Source: Ophelia neglecta (taxonomy: Eukaryota). From it: a stretch of 64,000 bases of DNA. Both the position numbers and the translations under genes were made by a program. Of this stretch, positions 51,434 through 64,000 are shown piece after piece. Within the stretch, counting starts at the first letter, position 1, and every line of letters begins with the position of its first letter. The notes under the pieces were generated by a model. That model had not been told where the DNA came from and did not search any database. It saw nothing but the letters and a program-made list of their open reading frames with translations. The DNA lies in the NCBI GenBank assembly GCA_965285935.1, contig OZ260666.1, forward strand, positions 48,670,001 through 48,734,000, given 5' to 3'.

Positions 51434-54400
51434 GTATGCGCTGCTTCGAAGGCCCACAGACCAGGACTGTAAGCAGTTACGAAAATGCCACAGTATTGTT
51501 GTTATAATACTATTTCATCATATATTTATACAGAAGGCTTTCGTCGGTTGATATCGTCCAATGAAATGATATTGTATGTAAACGGCAGCTGACTGACATT
51601 GTCGCTAACCAAGGGACGTTCCTAACGGAAATTGTTACTCATTGCACCATCAATGAATTGTATAAGAAGGTGTAAATTTTTTCTACTGCACAATATTTGT
51701 ACTAGACTTATTTTTCAATTAGTGGAATGTTTCTTACTTAATTATCAAATTGAAAAAATGATAGCCTTAATATCGATAATAAAATTCTAAGTTACTTTTA
51801 ACACATCAATGTTTATGAACGGAGTATACTTTCTAAAGAAGTACTGATTGGCAGTCAGTTCAACGTCTCGATAAATACACACTGTACTAGCATGACCTAT
51901 GAGCACACTTTGTCAAAGTCACATTAAAAGCTCACCCAGGTAACTAATCAGAGAGACAGTTCATGTTTTACACCATATTTTGTTCATCGGCGGCCTTTAA
52001 CCAATAGACTAGTCCTAATCTTCGTTCAGGAACTGACCTTTACACCCGCTCATGTAGTAATCGTCTGGCCTTTGAAAATTGTCAAAGTGACTTACATGTA
52101 AATGGCACCTTTCACTCGATAGTGCTTCCAGCCCAATGCATGAGCTCAATGTTTACTGTTATATCGAAGATCCGGTCAAGTTGAGTTGCTTGAACATGTA
52201 CAACACCGTATAATCTAGGAGTATAAATTGCAAATTCTGATGCCGATATCTTACTGTTAGCACAGATAGTAAATTGAGGTTTGAGCTTGATTTTTTGGCC
52301 GCTTACTCAACTTTATATGCGGAACAGGCATGACAAGGTAGTACAGATGCGGCTTTCAAAGCGATACATCGCAGTGCTCAGTATTTGCAGACGACATCCT
52401 TTAGAAACCATATCACTTTTTAATTCCATTGGCAAACCCTTCCTAAGCGTCTTCAAACTGGATATTATAAACCCCAAATGAAGTTTACCAATGCAGCTGG
52501 CAATTTTACTTATTCCGGTGTACTCAGTTTATATTATTAAATGAAAATATGTTAATGCAATTAGCGTTTCGTTGCAGTCATTTATCCGCTACCGGTAGAA
52601 ACAAGCACCGTGTACAGAAGTATCGCTTGCCCTGGTATACGACACTCTAGTGGCTAGTTTAGCAGCATAAAGAACGCTATTCCCGGAAGCTGCCTGCAAC
52701 CAATCCCCCAGTACATCCCTACAGACCTGTGCTATTGATTAGGGCGTCCAAATCCGTGCAAGGTTGTATACCTAACAATGTTCTCGTTTGTTACGGTCTG
52801 AAAGGTCCAAAGCCTCCTATTTATAAGAGGTATTCACAAAGGAATTGAGCTTCTTGGTTCATACAGCAGCTGGTTCATTATGGTCCGCGCCCTTGCTTTG
52901 TGAACCTTAACTTAACCAACAATATGACCAGCAGACCTGCTTCTTAGTGCCCACTTGTTCAAATATGATCTGAAGAATATTGTTCAGAATAAGACTAGGC
53001 TTGTTCCACTTTATGTCGAAAAATATCATCAAAGCATACAAATATTATATACACCACACCCGATACATAATTAAACATATCGGAAGAACAGTGTGCATTC
53101 TGAAAATGCCAAGTACTCCTTTCCTCTTCCAGAATATTCCTTATATTGAAAACATATTTCGAAGAAACAACTAGAGGCCTAAAATGGAGAATATTGCCCA
53201 GCATATTAACTACTAACAAAAGAAATGATTGCAGGTTATGGCGAAAAGCTATTTCTCTTATAGAAGTCAAATTCAGTAATTCATTGGCATTTGTTCTTCA
53301 ATTAAAGGTTTTCAATTTCCTAGCCGACACAAAAGTCACATATTGTGAAATAACATTCCGATATCATGCTTACATGTGATAGTTGCAGATTTCAAATACA
53401 TTGTTCACAACTAGCATTGAAATTACCAGACAGTGGAACAAGCATTTTGACTGTCAAAGGCTCACTTATCATGTGAAGCTGATACTGTTAGTTATCTCAA
53501 CTGATCACGTAGTCTTCTGGTTGCTTGTTTGTTCTTTTTTATTGGCGCCGCCATTTGCTGGCTCTTGCTCGTTGCTCCGTTTGTGGTAAAGTGCGACTGA
53601 TCAATGAGCTAGAATCAACTTCTGTCTATCCTTTCATCCTCTCATGATCGGTTTGCCTTTTTATTCCCTTGAATGTGACCGAGAGCCTCCCAGGGAACTT
53701 TAAAACCTGATTGGTGTTTATCCTTGGATTATCCTTGTTTACTTCAATTAGATTGTTTTGATTAATTACAACGCGGTAAACAATCAAGTAGAAGTGGAAA
53801 GTGGATGTTTCTCGTGTGCAATTAAATTAGAATAAAGACTTTCTCGGTCTAATTGGATTTGTATTTGATTATTTGCTTGGTTCCCTTTGCTCAAAAAGCT
53901 AGTTCAACTTTACCTTATCGATTTGTGCATCGACTTTAGTCAAATCAATATTTCGTTCGCCGTGTTCACTTTGAAATCCGGGCGCGTAGTGTGTGTGTGT
54001 GTTTTTTTCGGGGGTGGGGGGTTGGGGGGGTGGGTGGCTGTTACATTATTTATCCCCAAAACGACCTGCCATTTTCACAAATATAAGCCTGTCATTTGAA
54101 AAAATAAGAAATCTTGCAAGGCATCCAGTCAATAACGAGTGTTTTACACAATAGAAACAATATTCTTGCATAAGTAAAATATACATATCACCTTACCAAA
54201 GCAAATGATAACAATGTTGATCACGTAGTTTGACAACGATGGTAGATTCACACCGTGCGGAGTAGGTTCTTGTGGTTTTCGTTCACCCAGTTTTGTTAGA
54301 TGCAGTTTATTATTATCTCGTGTATTATATCATCTTGCGTCACTCCCTAAGATAATCTTGAAATTCACATCAGCCTGGACTGAAAGTGCTTCCTTTAGAT

Positions 54401-57400
54401 GGAAATGATATATGCAGTATATCGTCCAACCTGTAGGCATTATCACGTTTTGAGCATGTCGGTAAGAGCGTGAATAACTACACTTCTCCAACAAAATTGA
54501 ATGACATTTGCAAACGATTATGATATAAAATGTTGGGTTATAGGGAAGCCTAGGTAATATTCCTGTAGACAAAACGTTAAGGGAATTGAAAGATGAAAAC
54601 ATGAATACGGAACGAAAGAAATTCTATACGCAAGGTCGTAAGAAAAACATTCTAGTATAGCAATCGATTGTTTTCAGCAAAATTATTTAACGACGATTGG
54701 ATTCCAGTCTTAGGCATATAATTATTTGATATGAACACTATAGTGTGATATTACCACGATTGCGGCAACACGATTAAAATACATATCAACCTTATCTGCT
54801 CTGCTTCTTAATGAATTTATTTGCCCTGTCGCTGGTTATTTGGCCCTTTCTCAATAACGGCTTGCTTTTAACAAAAATGTGGCCAAGTCGGAGAGGTTGG
54901 AAACTGCTAATCGGCAGTCGCATTTCACCCAGGGGACAATCTCTCTGCGTATGGCTGGTCCACAGCATCGGTAGGGAAAGACTAGTGATTTTGCAGTGGT
55001 TGTATCTGTAATCTTCAAAACTATCAAAGCAAAAGGAAAATTACACATTTGAAACACTTTGACGAATTAAACATCCAATGGGGATTTTGTTCTCTTTAAT
55101 TCGTAGCAAGAAAAAAAGCAGTAAAACAAATTCACAATGTCAAATCTACATGGACAGCAGAAAGTGGCGCTCCTAATCTCTTGCTCACCACTGTTTCATT
55201 AAATTCAATAAGGCTCCAAATAATGTGCCAAATATGTCTGCTGGTTAGCTTTATGTAAATTCTCCGGGCTGCCCTATTAATCTAGCTTTCTTTTCTACAT
55301 GAAATGTTGGAAGATAGGAAATTTGAGCGACACGGCCGGAATAAGTCTTTGGAATAAGTCTTTGGTGTGATGGAAAAAATGCTTTCTGTCCTACTTCGTA
55401 TATCAATGATATTATTGTTTTTATGCATTTCTTTGAAACATGTCAAATATCAGGGATATGCTCAAGTGTTGAAATGGGTGTTTCTTCCTTTTCTTTTAGT
55501 ACAACACATTTTTATGTAGATCCATCAAATGTGTACTTCAGTATCGATCGATAAATCAGTGAATTGATTGCAAAATTATATATTGAACAGATTTTTTTCT
55601 ACATAAATTCTCGCTTATTGGGAACTCTACCCCTCAGCGGACAAGAAGGCGTCTAGTTAGTTATAATACACACTAGACCGATCAAGCTTCTATCGTTACC
55701 GTCTACTGTATATATGCAGGACTGACTCGATAAAACAAATTTCTTCAGGAAACTACTTAGACGGATGGGCGACTAATGCTGAAGGATGGTGAAAGGAGGT
55801 CGTAACTTTGTCTTTGATGGCAGATCTCGCAATGCATCTTCGTTTGGTCTCATCCCCACACTTTTAAACCCTAAGCCAAGCAACTGGTTTGGAGCTACTA
55901 TTTTAAATATTCACTAACATCTGGTTGACAACGTTGACGTATTGATACAAACTAAACCTCTTACATTATGTGGCTGCAGTTTATTTGATGGTGACCAGAT
56001 GCACGTTTCTTTTGTGCACGCATGGATATAGATTTCGCTTTAAATTTAGCAGTAAAACTTGTCGAAATATGAGAATATAACGGACCCCGAGAAAAGAATT
56101 TTAGTCATCATGGTCAATGATCCAGTCTTTCATGATTTATGGACTATGTGATCGCACGTGGAACTAAAACCAAGCATTGTAACAGAAAGTGGAAGGCATA
56201 GCTGAAAGCGAAGATAAGGCTTATATCACATCTGTAGGGTGTGTCTGTTTAAATGATCTCTACAATTTAGAAAAACGACAGTCAATTAATTGTAAAGTTA
56301 ACAATATCATCTGCTGTCACATGTTGTTAGTAACTCTTTAATAACTTGCCATATAAACCAGGCGTTTCTTTTTATTCCTTTTTGTGATATTTATAAAGTT
56401 CATGTTCAATACGTTTTACGTTTGTTTTGTTTTCTTAATAAGTAAGCCATCTTTTTTTATTGGATCTGTATAGGGGAGTTTTAGTCTCGCTCTTCGATAT
56501 GTCAGACATACTGGAAATTATATCAGGATCCAAATAATTGACGACTAGTAAAAGTCAAACCCTTCGTATAAAATGATATTTTCAAATTTAGTTTCTAAAG
56601 TGTGCCTCTTGCCACTAATAAACTTTATTTCCTGTTCATCAGGAATGTAAACCGATTTTGGGAGATAATTATTACATCGCTGGCTATGAGAAGTTATAAA
56701 CCTTGTTCTTCAATGTGGGCAAACCGCAAAGCAATCTTGTCCCTTGTCAATGCCGAGGGAATTATGCCCATAGAGAATCTGAGATGTGCTGATCTTTGTA
56801 CTTTTTTACACGTGTAAACATGGCATAATGAACCGTCGCCAAGGAATTCAAGTATGCCCGATCATATAGCTAGTTGGTCCTAAAATACGTTATTGCCTTC
56901 TAGTCACTATTTGTTATTCCCTAATTTGATTCGGAACACGCTTGCAGATTCATTTTGCCAATTGTTTGCCACCTGTCTTACTCTTAATCATCCCATTCGG
57001 CTTCATTTTTCCTGCGTTCGCAGATTCCGACAAAATAAAGAGGTTGTGTTTCTTGGAGATTTCTATGAGTTCGTGATCAACGTGAAGGAAATAAAGGAAA
57101 CATGTAAAAAAATGGAATAATAACCAAAGGTAATGCATTCAGGCAATTCTGGTCATATTGCAATTTGGTTTTGAAATTCAATTATTACCCTCTCGTTTTT
57201 CCGTCCGCCTCGGAGTAAAGATTAATCATAATGCAGTGATATGAACAACTTGAATGTGGATTAGTATGGGCAATACATAGATAAGAACACAAACCAACAT
57301 TATATTAAAATATTCAAAATGCTTCGAGAGATTGTTTACAATCGCAGACACTGGCTCATTTGTGGATTGCTTAAGATTACCTTAACTGCGCGATCCCACC

Positions 57401-60105
57401 ATACTCCATGTACAACCATATTGACTCATTGTCAAAGATTCCAAGGACGTACGTGTATTATTCTTATAGATTAGGCGAATATCAATAATATGCTTCCATA
57501 TGAAAAGTAAGGCTTGCATACGTTTATCTCAATACAAACACTATTATGTAGTTGAAGATGCTTAGGCCTATAAATACCGATTGGTGGTTGTCACTTCAAA
57601 ACAGGTTCGATATTTTTGACTGCCGAGAAGAACAATTGATCCGTGTGTAAGCATGACCTCAAATACTCATGAAGGCATATTTTTCTTTTTCCATATGAAT
57701 TCACGTTCTTGAAGATTGTAAAGACTCTTATATTTACATTGGACAATATAAACCGCATTGTGTTAACTGCTAGACTGGGTGCTAGTCAAAATGTATTCCC
57801 TTTTAATTATACATTGTAGGCTGTCTAGACTATGCATCAGCAACTAAGCAGTGTGATCCTACACATAAATGCAACTGTTTGTTTTGGGGGGGCGGGGGGA
57901 TTTCATACTTTTGTACTATACTTATTTCTAGCATGACAATATAATTGTTTTCCTTGTTGTTCTTGGGTTTCTTATTGTGTCATACTGACATTTACCGTTT
58001 GATTAGTTTAGGACCTTGCCAAACAAGAATTAATAGACTGTGAAACTATTTGCCAATCCTCGAGCTAGACTAGTGTCAGTCTGTGCACGCTTTTGACAGT
58101 TTGTTTAATATTGCGCCATCTGAAGAAATGTCTGATAAAATAATTTTCCACACGAGCACGCAGTTGTAGCGTCGAGGAAGAATCCAGGGGCAGTCCAGAC
58201 AGTCTGTGCGCCAGCTATCTTTCATTTTGAAAAAAAAGTTTGGCATCAGTTAAATACCGTCGGGCTTGACGGGGAAAATGCTTTCAGCAACAGACAATTC
58301 CCATCATATATAATAGAACATATGTGATGGCGCAGCAGTTTATAAGTCCCTCTCGGACTAAAGTGTCAATAAAGAGACGGCGATATTACCGAACAGTATA
58401 GGACCCTAGACATTTTACTCATACTACAAAATCACCGACAAGGAGCATAATTTACAGGCTAGCGAAAAAATCCGATGATGAAGGAGTTCATGTCATACTT
58501 CTGTGATTCTGTGATTCCTTCTGTGGCCACGCGTGTTTGAAAGTGGATAAATCGGAAAATGGTAAAAATAATTGGGAAAGGATAGAATATATCGTGTTAA
58601 AATTATCTACCCCCACCCCCCTCATGTATATAATATATAACACTATATAATGTGTGCCTCGGACTTCGTCTATGTGTGCATTGAGTCAAGGATCTGCGTC
58701 CATGACAGGACGCTTAGAAAGACAATTAAGAAGATATTATGGACACAGTTCTGGCTAATATATTGTTCAAGCAAATGCAGAATCGTACAAAGCATTAACT
58801 GATTTACAATTTAGTCCTTTATAATCGACAAATCGTAGATATGTATGGTATTATTGGGTGCCCGTCCTTAGGCGAAACTGTTCTGACTTGCGCTACATGG
58901 CCAGACTTACTTCCGCTGTATACGTCAATATCCACAAGTAACTAGGTTTTTTACCGATTCTTTCTACGAACCCCATCCTTACCACAATAGATTCAAGCGG
59001 GGGTGGGTATAATGTATTAACAAGGGATCGATCGATGAACAGTTGCAACATTTCCATGACAGGTAGATGTCACTATATGTATAAATTTTGAATCACTCTC
59101 TGGCATTTACTTGCATAAGCCGCACCGAATTATCTCTAACCGAATGAACTAGTCATTCATACCCACTTTGCCAGGAGATTAAGAGATTCTGCAAGTCGTC
59201 CCACATACTTCCGTGTCTATTTGAGAATGAAATTTGAGAGAGTCAATTGCCTGCTGGAGGAAGTCTGTCTCCCACTCGTCAAAAATGAACCGTTTTATTT
59301 GCAGAACTTGCCGTTACCATGCCAGTGCACTAGAAGCTTGGGAATAATGGTAAACATTGCATCGGGAATAAATAAACAAGGTCAAACCAAACCGAGCGAT
59401 GCCTTTTCATTTAGGCCTATGAAATTTAATGTGCTCCATTAAAAGCTTGTATTAAGGTCTCTTTGTATTTGTGGTCCTATGAGGATCTTAGAAAAAGAGT
59501 TCACAGTTGGTTACCTAAACTGAACTGTACACGTACATTGATTTGTCTTCTGAATACCAAAAACAAATGGTGCTAACAATGTTTTTTTTTTCTTCACTGG
59601 AAATAATGATAGGGTTGAATGCATGAATTAATCATAAATTAAAGACCAGCGTTAAACAACGATAGAAACAGTGACATTTATGACTGAGGACAAAGAACAG
59701 TTACATATAGCAATCACACTTTCCGTTAAGGACTGCCCTTCCCATTGTCGTAAATAACTGAGGAGACAATATTACCTAAAAGACTATTTGCCCTTGGCCT
59801 AGAAAAAGTTGAAGTTCATTCGTCGTCGTTGCTTCTCCGGTCATGGTATTTATTACTATAGTTGTTTCTCAATAAACCCATACCTGACGATGTTATTGGT
59901 TTAATATTGCATACAACTATTTCTGTTACATTAAATTCTATTTTGGGATCCCGGCATAAAAATAATATGCCCTTCACAGATTTAAGGCAGTAGTAACATA
60001 TATTTCTTTGAATTACAGAAGGAATATTTGAAGAAGTAATATTCATAAACCAGAAAGTTAACTTGGACTGCGTGTCTACCCGTAGGAATTATTATAAGAT
60101 TAATT

Positions 60106-60169
60106 AGGACAAGCTAATCCAGTACAGAGTTAACAGTCTATTTAACTCTGAACTGGATTAGCTCGTCCT
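60106..60169. repeat. 64-nt near-perfect inverted repeat (28-bp arms, 8-nt loop)
   Basis: AGGACAAGCTAATCCAGTACAGAGTTAA / CAGTCTAT / TTAACTCTGAACTGGATTAGCTCGTCCT; 26 of 28 positions pair. Confidence 0.9.
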
Positions 60170-61389
60170 TTAACAACCGCTAAATTAGGTTGTTACCAAC
60201 AATTGACATTGTAGATGTAGATATTCAATCTTCGAAAATAATGAACTCGCAACATTATAAACCCTGGCAAAGGGTTAAATATTTGTTCATGTTTTATCAG
60301 TTCATTTCATCAATAGTTTAAATTGACTATCTGTCTTCCACACACAAATAAATGAACTGACTGTTCCCATTTGTTGACTTCATTATACAACCAATTTATT
60401 TATTTTCAGAATCAGCACGAAATACATCAAACCCAAATATTGTAAAGGGACCTCGAAGAATACTGAAGATTCTGTGTTGATCGTTCCAGCTTTAAAACAA
60501 TATTTCGCTACGCAATAGACATTAACCCGAGCAACTGCATTACGAATTTGGCACACGGCTTGTGCAAGGCATTGTCTGCCATGCTGAAACTTTACATCAG
60601 ATCTTGCCAGTCCGCCTATTCTGTGATTGAGGGGGAAGAATATCTACCTAATTTGACCCGATATTCGAGTCGGTCAATATTAGCAGCACATTAGGTCCCT
60701 GAGGGCTAAGCTATGATAGGCGTCGACTGAGGGCAAATCCATAATTGATCGATCGAGTCCGGATATTCGTCCAGTAATCGATCTTTGGTGATAACCTTGG
60801 ATTCAATATTAGATTGGACCCATCCGGCGAGGCACCAACATCCACAGTCTTCTCAGCTCGTGGAAGCATCCGTCATCAGTGTGATACGGCCAGTTGATGG
60901 TCACTGACTGCCATCAGGACACCATAAGTGAGCCTGCTCCGAATGGGCTGTCGATATCGATGAGAAGGAAATTTCATTATGCTCCATTACCAAATCTAAT
61001 GGCACCAGATAGTATGATTACTCAGGCACTGGCCTTACTAGCCCTCCTCACTAAGCAACCAATTTACAAAATCCACTGATATTACTTGCCCTTCGACAGG
61101 GAGCCTTCTCGTGCTGTTTCTCATGTCTCGTGGGTGTTAAGAGTGGTTGACTTTCTCTCCATTAGCTTTGCAAATTGACGCGAACTAGTCGACATGTGAC
61201 ACGGGTCAGAAACGTGTGCACAAGGGCTCCCATAGCGCCTTGTACTGAACTATAGGCCTACTAGACAGACAACGACCAAGGGACTCCCATAGATAAGAAG
61301 ATAGCTTTGTTCTTATCGCTTTCCTGAGGTAGGAGGCAACTGAATTGGCAAGTAGACGTGATGGCTTTCTAGGATTTGCAGATTCTGGA

Positions 61390-61870
61390 AGATAAGCGTG
61401 TGCGCCGGCACGGAAACTTGTCTCATTATCCGACAAAAGACACCCCGAGGTGCTCTGAATAAGACAACCCCACTCAACAGAGCGCTGACGGGTTTCACAT
61501 ACAAAACAATTAGTCCGACGCCTGCTATGTTCGCCCATAATGCGATGTAACGCGAACTGGGCGCCGTGAAGTAGGACCGATTAGCAAATCGAGTACCTTT
61601 GGCTGTCCTTTTATTGTTTGCCTGACGCCTTCTGTAATTGCTCGCCGGATCGTGTCTGCAGGGCAATTGCGCGTAGCTAATGGGAAGAGAACGCCGGCGC
61701 GTACTCCTTCAGTGTTACTTAAAGAGAACGCTATATTGGCGTGTTGCTCTGACGGGGGCATTTAAAGCGCTGTTGTACGAGCGATGCTCATAGTAGAAAG
61801 CCTAGAGGAGCTTGTCAGAAGTGTATTAAGAAGAATACAGCACAGCCAAGGGCTGGCCTACGCTGGTTTT
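61390..61870 (+). promoter_or_regulatory. CpG-rich segment directly upstream of the LRR ORF (promoter or 5'UTR candidate)
   Basis: GC and CpG density are visibly higher here than in the AT-rich background (for example GCGCCGGCACGG, ACGCCGGCGCGT). No transcription start can be placed. Confidence 0.35.
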
Positions 61871-61914
61871 ACCACATGTTCTTAGGCATTCCCAGGATAC
61901 AGCCAGACTCCATC

Positions 61915-63180
61915 ATGGCGTCGCCATCACTTTTCTTCACTATCGGCTGTCTAGTCTTGTTCATTAACGCCATTGTGACAATCGCCTGTCCGGTTATTGT
62001 AAAGACAAACCATACCAATCTCTGCGAGTGCACCACTATGTTAGATATCTACTGTAGCGGCCTTCAGAAGGTGCCCACATTTTACAGGAACGATATTGTA
62101 TACAACGGATTATACATGTCTAGACAAAATATAAGGAATCTCCCGAATGTGGTATTCTTTAATCTTATGGTGAAGAAAATTGAGCTAAACTTTAACCCAA
62201 TCGGTGACAATATCGAGGTTAATGCTCTGGCTGGTTTGGAAAGGACTTTGGAACAATTATACATGGGTGGGTGTCGAATAAGGACTTTGCCCACAGGCAT
62301 GTTAATAGGACTGGAAGCAATGAAGATTCTCCATTTGTGGGGTAATCAAATTCGTGATCTCCCCCCTAACTGGTTTAAAGGAGCGGCCAACTTAGTGGTA
62401 CTACTTTTGTGGGGAAATCAAATCCGCACTGTTGACATCGATTCATTCACTGGGCTCACCAGTCTGCGGACATTAGATTTGGAGAGAAATCAGATAACTA
62501 AACTGGACCAAAAAATGTTCCGGGATCTGACAAATCTTCAATCACTACACCTCGGGGAGAATAATCTTATAACTGTAAATGGGGAGACATTTACCTACAT
62601 GAGCAACTTAAAAGTACTAAATTTGGATGCTAACGGTTTGGAATTTATTTGGCCAAAGGCATTTGATGGTCTTAGGAATCTAATGATTTTAAGCTTACAG
62701 GATAATGCAATCGATCTAATATCGGACCAAGTTCTGGGTCATCTACGAAACCTGTCAGTTCTAAGGCTACAGAACAACCATATTAAGCATTTATGGGCGA
62801 AAAACTTCGACGGACTTCGGGCCTTGCAGAGCATAGACCTATCTCATAACATCTTAACTGAGCTGCCCGAAGGTGTCTTTCGGCAGGCACCTAAGCTTTT
62901 GGAGCTCTATCTAGACAATAACAATCTTACATCTCTGACCAAATGTATACTTCACAAACGTTCACGCCAAAACCTACGTACACTGTCACTAGTGGGTAAT
63001 CCCATTGTGTGTGACTGCGAAATGTCGTGGACCGTGAATCTACAGGCCCGGGGAGTATCAGTCTGGGGAACGTGTCATCATACCCCGAAGGAAATCCTAC
63101 TCAAACTGACGCCAATTACTTACAAATCAAACTACTACCTGCTCAGCGAACCATGTAATGACAAAGATTGTCGCATGTAA
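61915..63180 (+). CDS. Secreted leucine-rich-repeat protein (signal peptide, LRRNT, about 12-13 LRRs of 24 aa, LRRCT); single coding exon, no transmembrane segment
   Basis: The ORF is 434 codons from ATG 61876. The in-frame ATG at 61915 (catcATGG, good Kozak context) precedes a hydrophobic signal-like stretch (MASPSLFFTIGCLVLFINAIVTIA). This is followed by a Cys cap (CP...CEC...IYC), repeated LxxLxLxxNxIxxL...F units and NPIVCDC...W...C...C at the end. No specific orthologue recognised. Confidence 0.93.
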   Translation: MASPSLFFTIGCLVLFINAIVTIACPVIVKTNHTNLCECTTMLDIYCSGLQKVPTFYRNDIVYNGLYMSRQNIRNLPNVVFFNLMVKKIELNFNPIGDNIEVNALAGLERTLEQLYMGGCRIRTLPTGMLIGLEAMKILHLWGNQIRDLPPNWFKGAANLVVLLLWGNQIRTVDIDSFTGLTSLRTLDLERNQITKLDQKMFRDLTNLQSLHLGENNLITVNGETFTYMSNLKVLNLDANGLEFIWPKAFDGLRNLMILSLQDNAIDLISDQVLGHLRNLSVLRLQNNHIKHLWAKNFDGLRALQSIDLSHNILTELPEGVFRQAPKLLELYLDNNNLTSLTKCILHKRSRQNLRTLSLVGNPIVCDCEMSWTVNLQARGVSVWGTCHHTPKEILLKLTPITYKSNYYLLSEPCNDKDCRM

Positions 63181-64000
63181 ACCTAAGTGCATTCGGCTTT
63201 GTAATACTGGCAGGCGAATGTGATCATTTCATTTTGCGCAAACCCTCTGTTTCATTCGCCGAATCAAATGATACATTCTAGGCGGAAAACATTTCGCGAC
63301 GACAGCAACCGCCTTTTGATTTGCTTATCAGATAGAAGAAGTAATGAGGCTAGAGAACGAGCGTGTGTGTCATCGACCAGTGTGGGGATATTAACATCAA
63401 TGTAAGTTTCATCCATAAATTATGGGAGTTTCCTGTTTGATCTAATATCAATGTAAATTGCAAATGCCAATGTCAGCTCTACTGATCAATTATGCATGTC
63501 GATCATTCTCCGAGGGCTCTAACTTCCCAGCATGCTTAAGGTGAGAGGAAGTAACTCGCCATCAAATACCAATGTCAATGGACAGCAAGGTGACAAAATG
63601 AGAAAGGGAATTGCCTAGTTACTGTTCTAATTGTTGGAATTATATGTCAATCAACGACAGGGAGTAAGGTGGCTTGAATGGGCATGGATTTAAGAAAGCA
63701 GTTATTCCACTGCTCTCTTTAGAATTTTTGTTTCTGCATGCACATTTATTTAAAGCTGCTCTGCGTCCATTTATAAAGGCATAGAAACCAGTTTCTCAGA
63801 ATAATTCAACCTCCCAGCAAAAGAACTAAACCACTTCTCGCAGGGAAATCAGGTGTGCACCACTCCCTATGAAAGTCGTCATTATTCAGCCATGATAAAT
63901 ACTATCCACAATAATTTATTTCCCGTTCTTTCGAGCCGGCATAATATAATTACTAAGGAAGAGAAAAGTTTTCTATTTGTGAATACACTCTTTGATAAAT

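Noticed and set aside
61206-61761. Three minus-strand ORFs of 78-117 aa upstream of the LRR gene
   Set aside because: Expected by chance in a locally GC-rich segment; they have non-ATG or weak starts and no motifs.

Overview
This is AT-rich eukaryotic DNA (roughly 35-37% GC by eye) with spliceosomal introns, most likely from an invertebrate animal. The taxon is inferred from gene structure and repeat types only. The first 12.5 kb holds two tandem, same-strand paralogs with 8 coding exons each (1088-3890 and 7384-12501; 377 aa each; identical exon lengths; about 60% identical by eye). Both encode a type II pantothenate kinase fold that looks most like the N-terminal domain of PANK4. They have no C-terminal DUF89/ARMT1-like phosphatase domain. 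They keep the ATP-loop motif and catalytic Glu but have a rebuilt substrate site and a conserved insertion of about 35-40 aa. Copy 1 needs a GC-AG intron and copy 2 needs a GA-AG intron. From about 13 to 60 kb I find no convincing host coding exon. That stretch contains a 726-bp exact tandem duplication, MITEs, L2/CR1-type LINE 3' ends, two pairs of old diverged non-coding repeats and a 64-nt hairpin. An intronless ORF for a secreted LRRNT-LRR-LRRCT protein lies at 61.9-63.2 kb. Most short ORFs in the supplied track are spurious or are pieces of exons. All homology statements come from recalled family motifs; no searches were run.
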